Part shown: in pieces, positions 49,855 to 62,684 of the stretch
Layout of the letters: every line of letters begins with the position of its first letter
Position numbering within the stretch: the stretch's first letter is position 1
DNA from: Macrostomum lignano
Lineage: Eukaryota
Assembly (NCBI GenBank): GCA_002269645.1
Contig: NIVC01003902.1
Location: 1 to 64,000, forward strand
DNA length: 64,000 bases
Direction: 5' to 3'
The notes under the pieces: model-generated
Database searches by the model: none
What the model saw: only the letters and a program-made list of their open reading frames with translations
Told to the model about the DNA's origin: nothing
Program-made: the position numbers and the translations under genes

Positions 49855-50590
49855 ACTGGGATGGAGAGCTGAGAGACTGGGAGGATGGAGCCGCAGCACT
49901 GGGATGGAGAAGTGAGAGACTGGGAGGCTGGAGCCGCAGCACCGGGATGGAGAAGTGAGAGACTGGGAGGCTAGAGCCGCAGCACTGGGATGGAGAAGTG
50001 AGAGACTGGGAGGATGGAGCCGCAGCACCGGGATGGAGAAGTGAGAGACTGGGAGGATGGAGCCGCAGCACCGGGATGGAGAAGTGAGAGACTGGGAGGA
50101 TGGAGCCGCAGCAGCACCGGGATGGAGAAGTGAGTGGCTGGGAGGATGGAGCCGCAGCAGCACCGGGATGGAGAAGTGAGTGGCTGGGAGGCTGGAGCCG
50201 CAGCACTGGGATGGAGAAGTGAGAGACTGGGAGGATGGAGCCGCAGCACTGGGATGGAGAAGTGAGAGACTGGGAGGCTGGAGCCGCAGCACTGGGATGG
50301 AGAAGTGAGAGGCTGGGAGGCTGGAGCCGCAAGGCTTGGATGGAGAAGTGAGAGACTGGGAGGATGGAGCCGCAGCACTGGGATGGAGAAGTGAGACATG
50401 GGAGGCTGGAGCCGCAGCACTGGGATGGAGAAGTGAGAGACTGGGAGGCTGGAGCCGCAGCACTGGGATGGAGAAGTGAGAGACTGGGAGGATGGAGCCG
50501 CAGCACTGGGATGGAGAAGTGAGAGGCTAGGAGGCTGGAGCTTCAAGACTTGGATGGAGAAGTGAGAGACTGGGAGGCTGGAGCCGCAGG
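49855..50590. repeat. 43-bp minisatellite (CTGGGAGGATGGAGCCGCAGCACTGGGATGGAGAAGTGAGAGA)n
   Basis: About 17 copies with small variants. Confidence 0.96.
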
Positions 50591-51404
50591 GCCAGATGGG
50601 AACTTCCAAACGATAAAAAGAAAGTAAGCGCTTGCTTTAGCGATATTAAGCTGCAAAATAGATTGCGCGGGTTTAATACAAGCGTATGGATAAATAAAAG
50701 AATTATGATTTATTTTGAAACTCTAATTACAGATTAGCATTTTATGGCGATGAGTTCAGCCAGTGCTGAGTAGCAGCTGAGAACTTTGACAATTTAAAAT
50801 AAAACAAAAGAACGACTAAGCAGATAAACAAAACTGGCGCGATTCGATTCTATTAAAAAAAGAAAAACACTACTGAAAACTCTCAGCCTTGAGAATAATT
50901 TGCCATAGGGGAAGCTGACACTACATAGGCAATCTTGCAGCACTGTACATCGCGGCTTGGTACCTATAGAGAATATGGCGCAGCAAATTTTAATGCGCAA
51001 CTATAGAAGCGGTTCCGGGCAAAACAAAACAACAAAAGCAATACCGGGAGCAGCAAGGAAACACAGCGGTTCATAGGGGATTTGTGTAACTGCAGTAAAG
51101 CTAAATACACATGTGTTTATGCAGGAAGTACACCGCGACACCGCCTACAAAATTGGAGTTTCTAGGAAATACTTGAATTAGAATCGGTAGAATTATTTTA
51201 TGGAACAATCAATTAGAAGCAGAGAAATAATTTACGCTGATGATCTTGATAATTGAATGAATTGAAGGTTCACAATAATGTACAAATTGCGGAGAGCATA
51301 CAGTATGTATGTGCTCGTGTCTCATGTTGCTCATGTGACATGTCGGAATCATGTCCTTGATGGAAGAATTAAGGTATTAGAAGCGTAGAATTATAAATTA
51401 TGCA

Positions 51405-51745
51405 ATCATGTACCCGGATGTCAGAATCATGTACCCGGAGGTCGGAATCATGTACCCAGTGGTCAGAATCATGTACCGGATGTCAGAATCCTGTACCCGG
51501 ATGTCAGAATCCTGTACCCGGGATGTCGGAATCATGTACCCGGGATGTCAGAATCCTGTACCCGGATGTCAGAATCATGTACCCAGTGGTCAGAATCATG
51601 TACCCGGATGTCAGAATCATGTACCCGGATGTCAGAATCATGTACCCAGTCGTCAGAATCATGTAACGGATGTCAGAATCCTGTACCCGGGATGTCGGAA
51701 TCATGTACCCGGGATGTCGAAATCATGTACGCGGATGTCAGAATC
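51405..51745. repeat. 21-bp minisatellite (GATGTCAGAATCATGTACCCG)n just 3' of the nuclear receptor stop codon
   Basis: About 16 copies, ending about 40 nt from the TGA at 51783. Confidence 0.95.
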
Positions 51746-51782
51746 AGGGAATCGCACGGCACAGCGAATGCCCCAGCAACAG

Positions 51783-54700
51783 TCAGAGCTCAGCAGCGGT
51801 CTCGTCCGGCGATTCGTCCTGCAGATCCAGGAACTCGGCCATCAGCGGCCGAACTAGTCGGGCATTAGCTCGGCCGGCCAGTCCAACAAATTGGCGCTCC
51901 AGGCGGCGCAGCTCGGCCAGCTGTCCGAGCAGCTGCGGATACAGGCGCCTGGCCTCGGCCGCGGGTGCCGGGTGCGCAGCAGCCGCTCCAGCAGGCGGCA
52001 GTAGCCGGCCTGCGCCGTCTCGACCAGACCGCGGCCCTCCTCGGACAGCGCGGGCCGGTCCGGGCTGAACAGGCAGGCCAGCAGCAGCAGGACGAGGGTC
52101 GGCCGGTCCGCCTGCATGCCGTGGCGCAGGCCGGCCGCCAGGCGCAGCAGAGCCTGGCCGCTGGCGCCGGCCGCTCGGAGGAAGTCGCCGCCGTCCATGG
52201 CCAGCGAGGCCGCCCGGTCGGCGTCAGCGTCGTCAAGGAAACGGGCGCCGTCGGGGTCGAAGCTGATGACGCCGCGCAGCAGGATGAGCTCCATGGCGCC
52301 GCCTTTGAGCAGGGCCACCTGCGGTGATGAAGAATAAGCGAGTTTTCTTTTCAAACAGATGCCGAAGTGTAAATGCGACTCGAGCCCTGACCCACCTTGT
52401 CCTGCTGGCTCAGCTGTCTGAAGGGCTCCAGCCGTTTGCTCAGGTCGATGACCCGCAGCACGGACAGCTCGGCGAAGTTGATGAGGTCGTCCACGCCGAC
52501 TGGGGCCGCGACTCGCTCGCCTGGCGGCGCCTGAGGCGGCAGCACGCAGGCCTCGGAGCTGGCGTAACTGTCCATCGCGCTGCGGACCTCGGCGAGCTCA
52601 GCCTCGGTGAGCAGCTCTCGCTGGGCGAGCTCAGCAGCCGGCAGGTCTTTCGGCAGCAGCTGCATCGCCTCCAAACTGCGGACCAGCCTTGGCGAGCGGG
52701 GGAGGTTTGAGCATTGCCAGTGAGAGTGGCATCTGAGTGAGGTTCTGATCCTATCATCTCACAATCCCTATGGGATTCTGATCCCACAGTCTCCATGAGA
52801 TTCTGATCCTATCATCTCAAGTCTCGATGAGATTCTGATCCTATCATCTCAAGTCTCGATGAGATTCTAATCCTATCATCTCAAGTCTCAATGAGATTTT
52901 GATCCTATCATCTCACAGTCCCCATGAGATTCTGATCCTATCATCTCAAGTCTCCATGAGATTCTGATCCCATAGTCTCCAAGAGATTCTGATCCCATAG
53001 TCTCCATGAGATTCTGATCCCATAGTCTCCAAGAGATTCTGATCCCATAGTCTCCAAGAGATTCTGATCCCATAGTCTCCCTGAGATTCTGATCCTATCA
53101 TCTCACAGTCCCCATGAGATTCTGATCCCATAGCCTCCCTGAGATTCTGATCCTATCATCTCACAGTCCCCATGAGATTCTGATCCCATAGTCTCCATGA
53201 GATTCTGATCCTATCATCTCACAGTCTCTATGAGATTCTGATCCCATAGTCTCCATGAGATTGTGATCCCATAGTCTCCAAGAGATTGTGATCCCATAGT
53301 CTCCATGAGATTCTGATCCAAGTCTCCACGAGATTCTGATCCTCATGGAGACTATATAACGAGATTCCCAGCTTCTGCATTCCCACTGGTACATGCACGC
53401 CATGCTCCCATCCCGAACAACTGCATTTAGCTGACAATGCTTGAGTACAGCCCCGCTTGTACTGCAGCCATCAAAGCAATTTGATTCAACTCCAAATCGA
53501 ATTCTCAGCAAGCGCGTGTCTGGCACAGGCCGGACAGCAATTATATGCAAGCCAGACACACAGTGGGGAGCCATGCGCGCGCATCTGTTCCAGCGGCCGC
53601 GTTCCCACACTTCCCACAGCTCCATGACGGGATATCCATGACGGCTGCCTTGCCCGCCTCCTCCTGCGGAGAGTCCGCATCAATTATTTATAGCAAGTCC
53701 TGTGCTCACATCGCGGCTCTAAAAACTCACACTGCCCCACCATCACCAAGCCTACATATACGGCCCCCCTGTTTCCCATCATCTTTGCTCAGCCTCCAAT
53801 TGCCACTAAAAAAACCGGCACTATTTTTAAAGGCGTTGTTACCAACGGACCGTTTCGGTAGATGCGTTAAACATAATATAAAAATCTAGAATTTCTACTT
53901 GCAGCAGATGAACCGCATTTTAGTTACCAAACGTGAGTTAAGGGGCTCGCTTACTTGTTCTGATCGATCTTCTTCCGTTTCTCCTGCTTCTCCTGCTCGG
54001 ACAGGATGTACTCCTTTTTCATGCCGACATCGAAGCACTTGCGCAGTCGGCAGTGCTTGCAGAAACGCCTGTTGGACACGTCCATGACGCAATGGCCCTC
54101 GTAGGGGCATTTAAATGCTGACTGTCGGAGGGTTGTTCGGTGGAAATGCATAGCTTAGAGACCGGGGGTGTTATATTGAGATTGGATCCCACTGCCAGAG
54201 AAAGGATCCCACTGCCAGAGATAGGATCCCACTGCCAGAGATAGAGGATCCCACTGCCAGAGAAAGGATCCCACTGCCAGAGAAAGGATCCCACTGCCAG
54301 AGATAGAGGATCCCACTGCCAGAGATAGGATCCCACTGCCAGAGATAGGATCCCACTGCCAGAGATAGGATCCCACTGCCAGAGATAGGATCCCACTGCC
54401 AGAGAAAGGATCCCACTGCCAGAGATAGGATCCCACTGCCAGAGAAAGGATCCCACTGCCAGAGAAAGGATCCCACTGCCAGAGATAGGATCCCACTGCC
54501 AGAGATAGGATCCCACTGCCAGAGAAAGGATCCCACTGCCAGAGATAGGATCCCACTGCCAGAGATAGGATCCCACTGCCAGAGATAGGATCCCACTGCC
54601 AGAGAAAGGATCCCACTGCCAGAGATAGGATCCCACTGCCAGAGATAGGATCCCACTGCCAGAGAAAGGATCCCACTGCCAGAGATAGGATCCCACTGCC

Positions 54701-55357
54701 AGAGAAAGAATCCCAGACAGCACACTCACCACACCCCTGCCAGCGTTGCGCCGGAAGAAAGCCTTGCAGCTCTCGCAGCTGACGGCGTCAAAGTTAAATC
54801 CCAGCGCTTTGTCGCCGCAGACGCCGCAGATTTTGTCTTCGCGCGGTCGCGGCGCCCGCCTCTGCGGTCCGATGCCGCCGCCACCGGGCGGCACCGCGGC
54901 GGATGAGGATGAGGAGCTGACCTCGGCTGGCGACAGCGGCTCGGGCTTGGCCGGCTCCGACGGCGGAGTGACGCACTCGAACAGGAAGTCTCCGTCGATG
55001 CTCGGGACCGGAGGCTGCTTCTGCAAGAGAATTGGCGGCTGTTGCTGCTGCTGCTGCAGCTCGGAGAAGGCCGAGTACATGCCGGTTGAGTCCGAGCCAG
55101 GGGACAGGTCCTCCGAGCGGCCAAGGATGAAGCCGCTGCCGTAGGCGGCTGACTCCTCCTGCTCGAATGGGGCAAGCAGCTCGAACTTTAAGTCGTCCAG
55201 CGGGCCGCCGTGCATTGTGGAGGACATCAGGCTGCGCTGCTGAGAGTGCGGCTGCTGCTGCTGCTGCTGCGGCTGCTGATACTGCATAGGCGGATGCTGC
55301 TGCTGCTGCTGCTGCTGCTGCATTGGAGGTGGCTGATAAAACTGCCACGAGAATGGT

Positions 55358-55398
<41 letters not shown>

Positions 55399-55420
55399 TT
55401 GTTGTTGTTGCTGCACCTGA
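51783..55420 (-). CDS. Nuclear receptor, NR1J (HR96/DAF-12-like) subfamily. 5' exon not located, one frameshift near the C-terminus
   Basis: Exons 55420-54730, 54121-53955, probably 53663-53562, 52732 (or 52675)-52396, and 52318-51783. [32 protein letters not shown] / [27 protein letters not shown] with the ESCKA P-box. [22 protein letters not shown]|[16 protein letters not shown] and LFSPDRP. After a frameshift at about 51963 it reads [18 protein letters not shown]...RPLMAEFLD. PolyQ N-terminus. Confidence 0.9.
52740..53345. repeat. ~25-33-bp intronic minisatellite (GAGATTCTGATCCCATAGTCTCCAT and variants)
   Basis: Two interleaved monomer types fill most of the intron before the LBD exon. 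Confidence 0.93.
54182..54712. repeat. 20-bp minisatellite (GATCCCACTGCCAGAGA[T/A]AG)n in the intron between the two zinc-finger exons
   Basis: About 26 copies in intron 54122-54729. Confidence 0.96.
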
Positions 55421-56081
55421 CTGCAAAGGTGTTTTGAAATGTTTTTTTGTTTTTTTGTTGCATATCTTCTAGATACTATGCATAGTCATTTGCTACTACT
55501 TGAAACCGGTTAGCAGTAGTCAAATAAGAAAATATAGAATCGAAGGTTTCGGTGCGTATTTAAAGGTGAAAGGCTGCTGTAGAGTGCGTGGTCGATGGCC
55601 GAAGACATTTCCTTCGAGCTTCGGAATTATTTGTGCGCCGCTTACAATCACTTTGATGATTAAATTGTAAACCCAAGTTCCGGAGCCCAGGCTATAACTT
55701 ACGTTAGTAATACCCACTAATGAGTAATGAGTATATGAACTTGTATTTACTTGTACTTTCCCGTTTTCCAGCTGTATGATTGTATCACAATAGTGTGACA
55801 ATGGTGTAATGTTTATGATATTTATGGAGGCTACAAGTTCAAAACCAGCAAATTGAACGAAGCAAATTTAAGAATTCAAATAATTTGGCCGTAAACTCGG
55901 CGAGATTCTCAAATCAGTATGAATAAAATGAGTGCGTCCTTCTGAGCAAGTGCTCAAAATGAGTTTCCCAAGAATTAGTGTTCTCCTGTGAGCGAATGCT
56001 CGGTGACTGAATAGAGACTCGCTTCAGTATTCCAGATGGCCGAATTCATTCCAGACAGAGTGCCTGCGGAGCGAAAACTAT

Positions 56082-56771
56082 GGGCCGTATGCAGAAAGCT
56101 CCGTCTAAGGGTAGTCCGGTCTTGAAAAGCTAGTCTAGACTTGGATTTGGTATGCAGAAACACAAAGTTAGACCCGTCTACTATAGACAGAACTAGGCTA
56201 GCTAGACCATAGACTATAGACTGAACTAGGCTAGCTAGACCATAGACTATAGACTGAACTAGGCTAGCTAGACCATAGACTATAGACTGAACTAGGCTAG
56301 CTAGACCATAGACTATAGACTGAACTAGGCTAGCTAGACCATAGACTATAGACTGAACTAGGCTAGCTAGACCATAGACTATAGACTGAACTAGGCTAGC
56401 TAGACCATAGACTATAGACTGAACTAGGCTAGCTAGACCATAGACTATAGACTGAACTAGGCTAGCTAGACCATAGACTATAGACTGAACTAGGCTAGCT
56501 AGACCATAGACTATAGACTGAACTAGGCTAGCTAGACCATAGACTATAGACTGAACTAGGCTAGCTAGACCATAGACTATAGACTGAACTAGGCTAGCTA
56601 GACCATAGACTATAGACTGAACTAGGCTAGCTAGACCATAGACTATAGACTGAACTAGGCTAGCTAGACCATAGACTATAGACAGAACTAGGCTAGCTAG
56701 ACCATAGACTATAGACTGAACTACCCAAGTCCGGACTAGCTAGTCTGGACTAGGCTTTCTGCATACGGCCC
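56082..56771. mobile_element. PIF/Harbinger-like MITE containing a 33-bp tandem array
   Basis: Perfect 18-bp TIR GGGCCGTATGCAGAAAGC, 3-bp TAT flanks on both sides, and a subterminal IR CTAGTCTAGACTTGG / CCAAGTCCGGACTAG. About 16 copies of ATAGACTGAACTAGGCTAGCTAGACCATAGACT at 56180-56722. The superfamily is inferred from the GGGCC end and 3-bp TSD. Confidence 0.82.
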
Positions 56772-59700
56772 TATATATGGAGCGACACAGTATGGACGTG
56801 TATCGCGACGATGAGTTTCGAATAAGCGGCTCTTTCGTTTCTCTCGTGAAAGCGTTGGGTTTCTGGGATCTTGTCGTGGGCTTCTACCGGGCCCATCTCT
56901 GTTGAATTCCTATTCTATTGAAATCAAACTGACGCAAAAGCTAAGCTAGGTCAGTTTCTACTTCGAGACAGACGCTAGGACGAAAGATAAGGCGATTTAT
57001 ACGACATACGAGAGATGCCGGGGGCCGCTTTCTCTTCGTCTATGGTCAAGAGGTGCCGAGCAGTTACTCAAATGAGGAGCAAATGAGGAGCAAATGAGAA
57101 ATTTCCTTATTCATATGAACATTGAGCAACTGCTCCAGATCAGAGCAGTTGCTCGAGTTCGAGCTCTTGCTCAATCTCAGAGTTTGAAGTGAAACTCGCC
57201 AGTTATTGCTCACTTTATTTATATGGCCAAATTTATCGCTTCTTTGGCAACAACAGTGACAAATTGTGTGATTTCATGCTCCTAATTGCAAGACTGAAAC
57301 AAATAATGCTAAATTGAGGCAAGAATAAGTCAAATAAATAAGTCAACAAAGAGAAGAGGTGATCCAACGTTAATAATGCGATTGCAGAATCACTTACCTT
57401 AAATAGCCAGAATTAATACAGATAGAAGTCATTTCTCACTGTCTGTACTCGCCTTGTCAACTTTATAATCAGAATCAGATAGCTAAAACACGTGTTGCAC
57501 TTGATAACCGCTTGGATTATCAAAGCTTGTGGTTAAGTCCCAGATTTGTTTTGCTGGGGTGCGAAAAGTTTAAAAGATCGCAGCATTTATGTGAGTTAGC
57601 GGGAGGAGGGGCGGCTGCCGGCCCAATGGCGGCCCCTCCTCATTCCCAGCTCTTACTTAGGGTTCACCCGGTTTGGCTGCGAGCTAAATTAGGAAATCTA
57701 GTCCGCCTATGCGTCATGTGCGTACACCCAGGGAGGGGCCACGCGGTGCGGACGGCGGGTAGAGGAGAGAGAGGGAAAGGGGTGAGAGAGTGAGTGATAT
57801 TGAGGGTTCCGCGTACACGCCATGCCTTTTCTAGAATGGACCTCGCGGAATTCAGTTTGCCTTTGTAGGAAAGGCGCGGGCAATTCACGTGACGCGATTC
57901 CGGAATAAGTTCGTCAAAAAAGGGAATTAGACTTCATTAAAATCGAAAAGTTATTGAGTCAAGATCAGGAAAAGCAATACATCATCTCCTGTGTCCAAAA
58001 TTTGGGCCACTAAGACCAAGGAGGAAATGTTTCTTTAACTTACTTTACTAGAAATTACTAGCTTCATTTGAATTAGACGAATTTTGTTCTTCATCAAATT
58101 AGGTAAATATTTAAACAAACGGATTCCTAGAAAGAAGCCTTAAGTGCCCTTTAAAAACCACTTTTCTCGAGAAGCTTTTTATGCGCTTTGCCGATAAGCA
58201 AGACGGGTTAGAAGTAGGGATTGGGGGAGGACAAACCTTCATTCAATGTACACTCGCACAGTGTACATACATAGCTATTTACAAATGTACTCAGACTAGA
58301 ATAGGACGGACAGGAGAATCCATCATAAGTCAGTGCGTACATATTAAGCACGAAGCGGCCGCCCCTCAGGCTGAAATAGAAAGATAACAAGCGCAGAGTT
58401 GATAAAGTGCGACAAAATGCACCGAATGACCCTGAAAGCCCTCCAAGCTCTGTTCAAAAGCTGCGCTTTCCAGTTTATCCAGTTTTGTAAATTGCGAGCG
58501 TAAAATGGGCGGCAGCAACGCTGGGTAAGTCGTTAAATTCGAAATCTATCTCAACTCTAAAGATTTAGGCGGTTTCAAGTCATTAAAGCAAATTGCGAAG
58601 GCGGACTGGCGGAGCTTGGGGGTAGTGGAACGCAATACTCGTGATAATCCACCCTGTAATAACTTCTTTTGCCCTTAAATCCACCTCCAAAATTCAAAGA
58701 ACTTGCATAAATTTGAAGTGGAAGAGTGTCCTGGAACAGCATCAGAAGGAAATTATTCCTTTCGGAAATACACAACATTTGATAGCGGCGAATTTGGTTT
58801 TAAAAAGAATGGCAGAATGACAGAAAGTTTTTAAGGTTTGGAAAAGCTACAGATAACTGTTGGAATTTGAGCCGTGAGTTCGAGCTCTCTTAGAGTCGTC
58901 AGTCGGTGCTGTCTTAGGAGTCATGTTCCTACCATGGGATTATAGAGTGTTGCATTCTCTGCATTTTTGAATCAGCTGCACCAGTTAAAAATAGAACAAT
59001 GAACTTAGGATGCTCCATTGTCTGTCTGTCCAACTACTGTTGCAGTGTTAAATCCCGTAAAAAATACCCGGTAATTTTTATTGTAAAATATAGGTTCTGG
59101 TTGATAACAAAAAGAATCAGTATCCTGCTTGCTTACCTGTACAGGTGCTGGTGTCCGAGCAAGAGTTTCGCCGAAAAAAAAACTGAGGGTCTGCAAAGTC
59201 AGGTGTGTCAGCTTTCAACTATTAAAACAGAAGCTCCAGTTGTTCTGATTGTGTGGCAATTTATGCTGCCCTGACAACTTTTGAGTTTCGCTCTTGAATT
59301 TATATACTTGAAGCACAGCTGGCGGCCTAATCAAAGACATTTATAAACCCCAACCCGGCCCTGATCTCCTCTGTGTTCGGCCTCCGCCTGTGCGCAAAGA
59401 TCATATAAATTCGTTCGTTTCTCTCCTTTGTCGGTGAGCTGGAAGAGCTGCTGTATTTTTGGACCGATGGGGTGGGTAGGGGCGCCATAATTGATGTCCA
59501 TGCGTGCGCACCCGCCCCCCATAGCCATGGAGACCTTGTAGTTAGAATCTGGACTGGGAGTGGGTCTTTTGACACTTCACAAATCACAATAGCAATCTGA
59601 CCCGCTTAAGGCTTATGTCTCTTCTCTCCACTCTTCTCTCTTATCTCTCCTTTTTCTTCTTTCCTCTTATCTTTTCTCTCACGTCTGTTCTCTCATTTCT

Positions 59701-59999
59701 TTTCTTTTCTCTCTCCTCTATTCCCTCTTACTTTCCTCTCTCATCTCTCCCGGTAGTCATGAGCTAGATTATTTATTTGGCCCTTGAAGTAAAATTGTTA
59801 GCCGACAAAGGGTTGGACTAATTAATCGTTTGAAAGCTGAATTATAAAAACTTATTCTTCATAAATTCAGTCATTCATTCTGTTTCATTATAAAGCCTAA
59901 TAAATCTTCACAAGTCGCTTGAATTTTAGAAAATTTCAAGGATCGGCTAGCTTTTACCTCAGAGGCCAGATAGGAATTTAGTGCATGATTGCGGGTCAG

Positions 60000-61030
60000 A
60001 GGAGGGAATAGATAAGAGGGAATAAAAGAGAGAAGAGAAGAAATAGGAGAGGAGAGAGGAGGAAAGAGGAGAGAGGAGAACAGAGAAGAGAGGAGAAGAG
60101 AGAAGAGAGGAGAAGAGAGAAGAGAGGAGAGGAGAGAGGAGGAGAGAGGAGAGGAGAGAGGAGAGGAGAGAGGAGGAGAGAGCAGAGGAGAGAGGAGAGA
60201 GGAGAGAGGAGAAGAGAGGAGAGAGGAGAGAAAGAGGAGAGGAGAGAGGAGAGGAGAGAGTAGAGGAGAGAGGAGAGAGGAGAGAGGAGAAGAGAGAAGA
60301 GAGGAGAGGAGAGAGGAGGAGAGAGGAGAGGAGAGAGGAGAGAGGAGAGAGGAGAGAGGAGAAGAGAGGAGAGAGGAGGAGAGAGGAGAGAGGAGAAGAG
60401 AGAAGAGAGGAGAGGAGAGAGGAGGAGAGAGGAGAGGAGAGAGGAGAGAGGAGAAGAGAGAAGAGAGGAGAGGAGAGAGGAGGAGAGAGGAGAGGAGAGA
60501 GGAGAGGAGAGAGGAGGAGAGAGGAGAGGAGAGAGGAGAGAGGAGAGAGGAGAAGAGAGGAGAGAGGAGAGAAAGAGGAGAGGAGAGAGGAGAGAAAGAG
60601 GAGAGGAGAGAGGAGAGGAGAGAGTAGAGGAGAGAGGAGAGAGGAGAGAGGAGAAGAGAGAAGAGAGGAGAGGAGAGAGGAGGAGAGAGGAGAGGAGAGA
60701 GGAGAGAGGAGAGAGGAGAGAGGAGAAGAGAGGAGAGAGGAGAGAAAGAGGAGAGGAGAGAGGAGAAGAGAGGAGAGAGGAGAAGAGAGGAGAAGAGAGG
60801 AGAGGGGAGAAGAGAGAAGAGAGAAGAGAGGAGAGAGGAGAAGAGAGGAGAGAGGAGAAGAGAGGAGAGAGAAGGGAGAAGAGAGAAGAGAGGAGAGAGG
60901 AGAAGAGAGGAGAGAGAAGGGAGAAGAGAGAAGAGAGGAGAGACGAGAGAGGAGAAAGGAGAGGAAAGAGTTTCAAAGGACGCTAGGGCCGGATAGAGAG
61001 GCTTCGCGGGCCGGAGTTTCACAGCTGGTG
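60000..61030 (-). mobile_element. Relative of the 45966 hAT-like element in reverse orientation, with a ~970-bp AG-rich tract
   Basis: Reverse complement AAACTCCGGCCCGCGAAGCCTCTCTATCCGGCCCTAGCGTCCTTTGAAACTC aligns with AAACTCCCGCCCACGAAAACTCTCTATCCGGCCCTCGGGTTCTTTGAACTC at 45977. The second TIR was not found. Confidence 0.65.
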
Positions 61031-61688
61031 GTCCGGGTGTTACTCCATATTATAGTTTCAGACCTCCTTGACCCAAAGTCCTCTCTCTCTGACCCGCTTT
61101 GCACTGTCCGTAACCGGCCGCCACCCCCAGCGGGAGGAAAGGGATGCGAAGCAACATCAAAGAGAAGCGCGCCGCCGGACAGAGAGAGAAGGAGGAATAT
61201 AATATTAAGTGCATAGATTGGGAGAGCGGAAGGGGATTAGTGACATCGTAGGGATAGGAAGCCAACAAAACTTCAATAGGAGAAGATGCTGTTTGCAGGG
61301 ACTTACGATTATTACAGTTATTCATAATAGTGATTCGAGAGCAGAAGGACATTGAGTGCATTTTTCGAAGCTGTAAATTGATGCATAGAAATGTCGAAGC
61401 GTACTCAGAGAACGGCGGTGCCCATTTTGGTGCTGCTCGTGCCAATGAAAGGACTGGCAAGGTAATAGAGACGTGTGTGGTCCTGTCTTGTGCCTGTGTT
61501 GCAGTGACCCTTGGGCCTGTGTTGTTAGCAAACACAGAGAGAAAGTAAACAAAAGGCACTTCTGACAGTATTTTTGAATGTCATGCTTCCGCTACAGATA
61601 ATTTATTAGCTTTGCTGCTATTACAAAATCATTGTATGTCTATCAACGAATACCAAAATGGCACCATTCAGATCAAAGATGACACCAA

Positions 61689-61821
61689 CCTACCTACCTA
61701 CCTACCTACCTACCTACCTACCTACCTACCTACCTACCTACCTACCTACCTACCTACCTACCTACCTACCTACCTACCTACCTACCTACCTACCTACCTA
61801 CCTACCTACCTACCTACCTAC
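61689..61821. repeat. (CCTA)n microsatellite
   Basis: About 33 copies. Confidence 0.98.
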
Positions 61822-62487
61822 TAACTCCCAACATAACTACCTACTTACCGATATTTAGTATTTGGGACTCGTATTCAAGCCACACCAGTAACCAAGTATT
61901 ATTGCAACAGAAGACAGTACAGAAATGTCGGCACCTTTAAAGCTTCAAAAAGACTGTCCCGCCACTATTACAAAGAACCGCCGCCGCCGCCCGCTAGCAT
62001 GCTTCTCAAACAAAGACTCCAAACCAGCGGCCGGGTCAACTGGAAAGTGCAAAGGGATTTAACCAACTTATTAGTCATCGGACAGTGCGGTGAGGACAAA
62101 AGGAAAAAGGAGCAGCGTTATTAATAACGGACCGAGCGAACCCCGAAGGTTAATTTGCACCGAAACTTGTCTCCTTATCTTTTCATGGTGTCAGCCGCGG
62201 GGAGCTGGTTGTTAAGCTTGGGTGACTGGGGCACAGCTGTCACTCAGCCGGTGCAAGAGACCTTTTTGTTACTAAAAAATAGGAATCTTATCTATGCATT
62301 CTGTGAAGGGTTCTATTTTTACGAGGTTTGATATACACGATTTGATGACGCCCCGTGACATTTATTAGGCCGAATGTGAAAATACAAAACTGGTGTTCGT
62401 TGTTCTCAGGGAGACAAAAATTTTTTTGAGAGTGCCCCAATATGAGGTGCATGGGAGGTGCCAACTGCGGCCGCCTAACTTCACTAT

Positions 62488-62684
62488 GTCCTTGGGGCTT
62501 GGTGCGCTGTCCTTGGGGCTTGGTGCGCTGTCCTTGGGGCTTGGTGCGCTGTCCTTGGGGCTTGGTGCGCTGTCCTTGGGGTTTGGTGTGCTGTCCTTGG
62601 GGCTTGGTGCGCTGTCCTTGGGGTTTGGTGCGCTGTCCTTGGGGTTTGGTGCGCTGTCCTTGGGGCTCATGGCGCTGTCCTTGG
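62488..62684. repeat. 21-bp minisatellite (GTCCTTGGGGCTTGGTGCGCT)n
   Basis: About 9 copies. Confidence 0.95.

Noticed and set aside
58140-58155. Kolobok-like TTAAAGG termini (also at 1405, 48149 and 61935)
   Set aside because: No matching partner end could be paired for any of them.
61050-62230. Short ORFs and a GCC-rich ATG context at about 62005
   Set aside because: The frames close quickly and no homology is recognisable.
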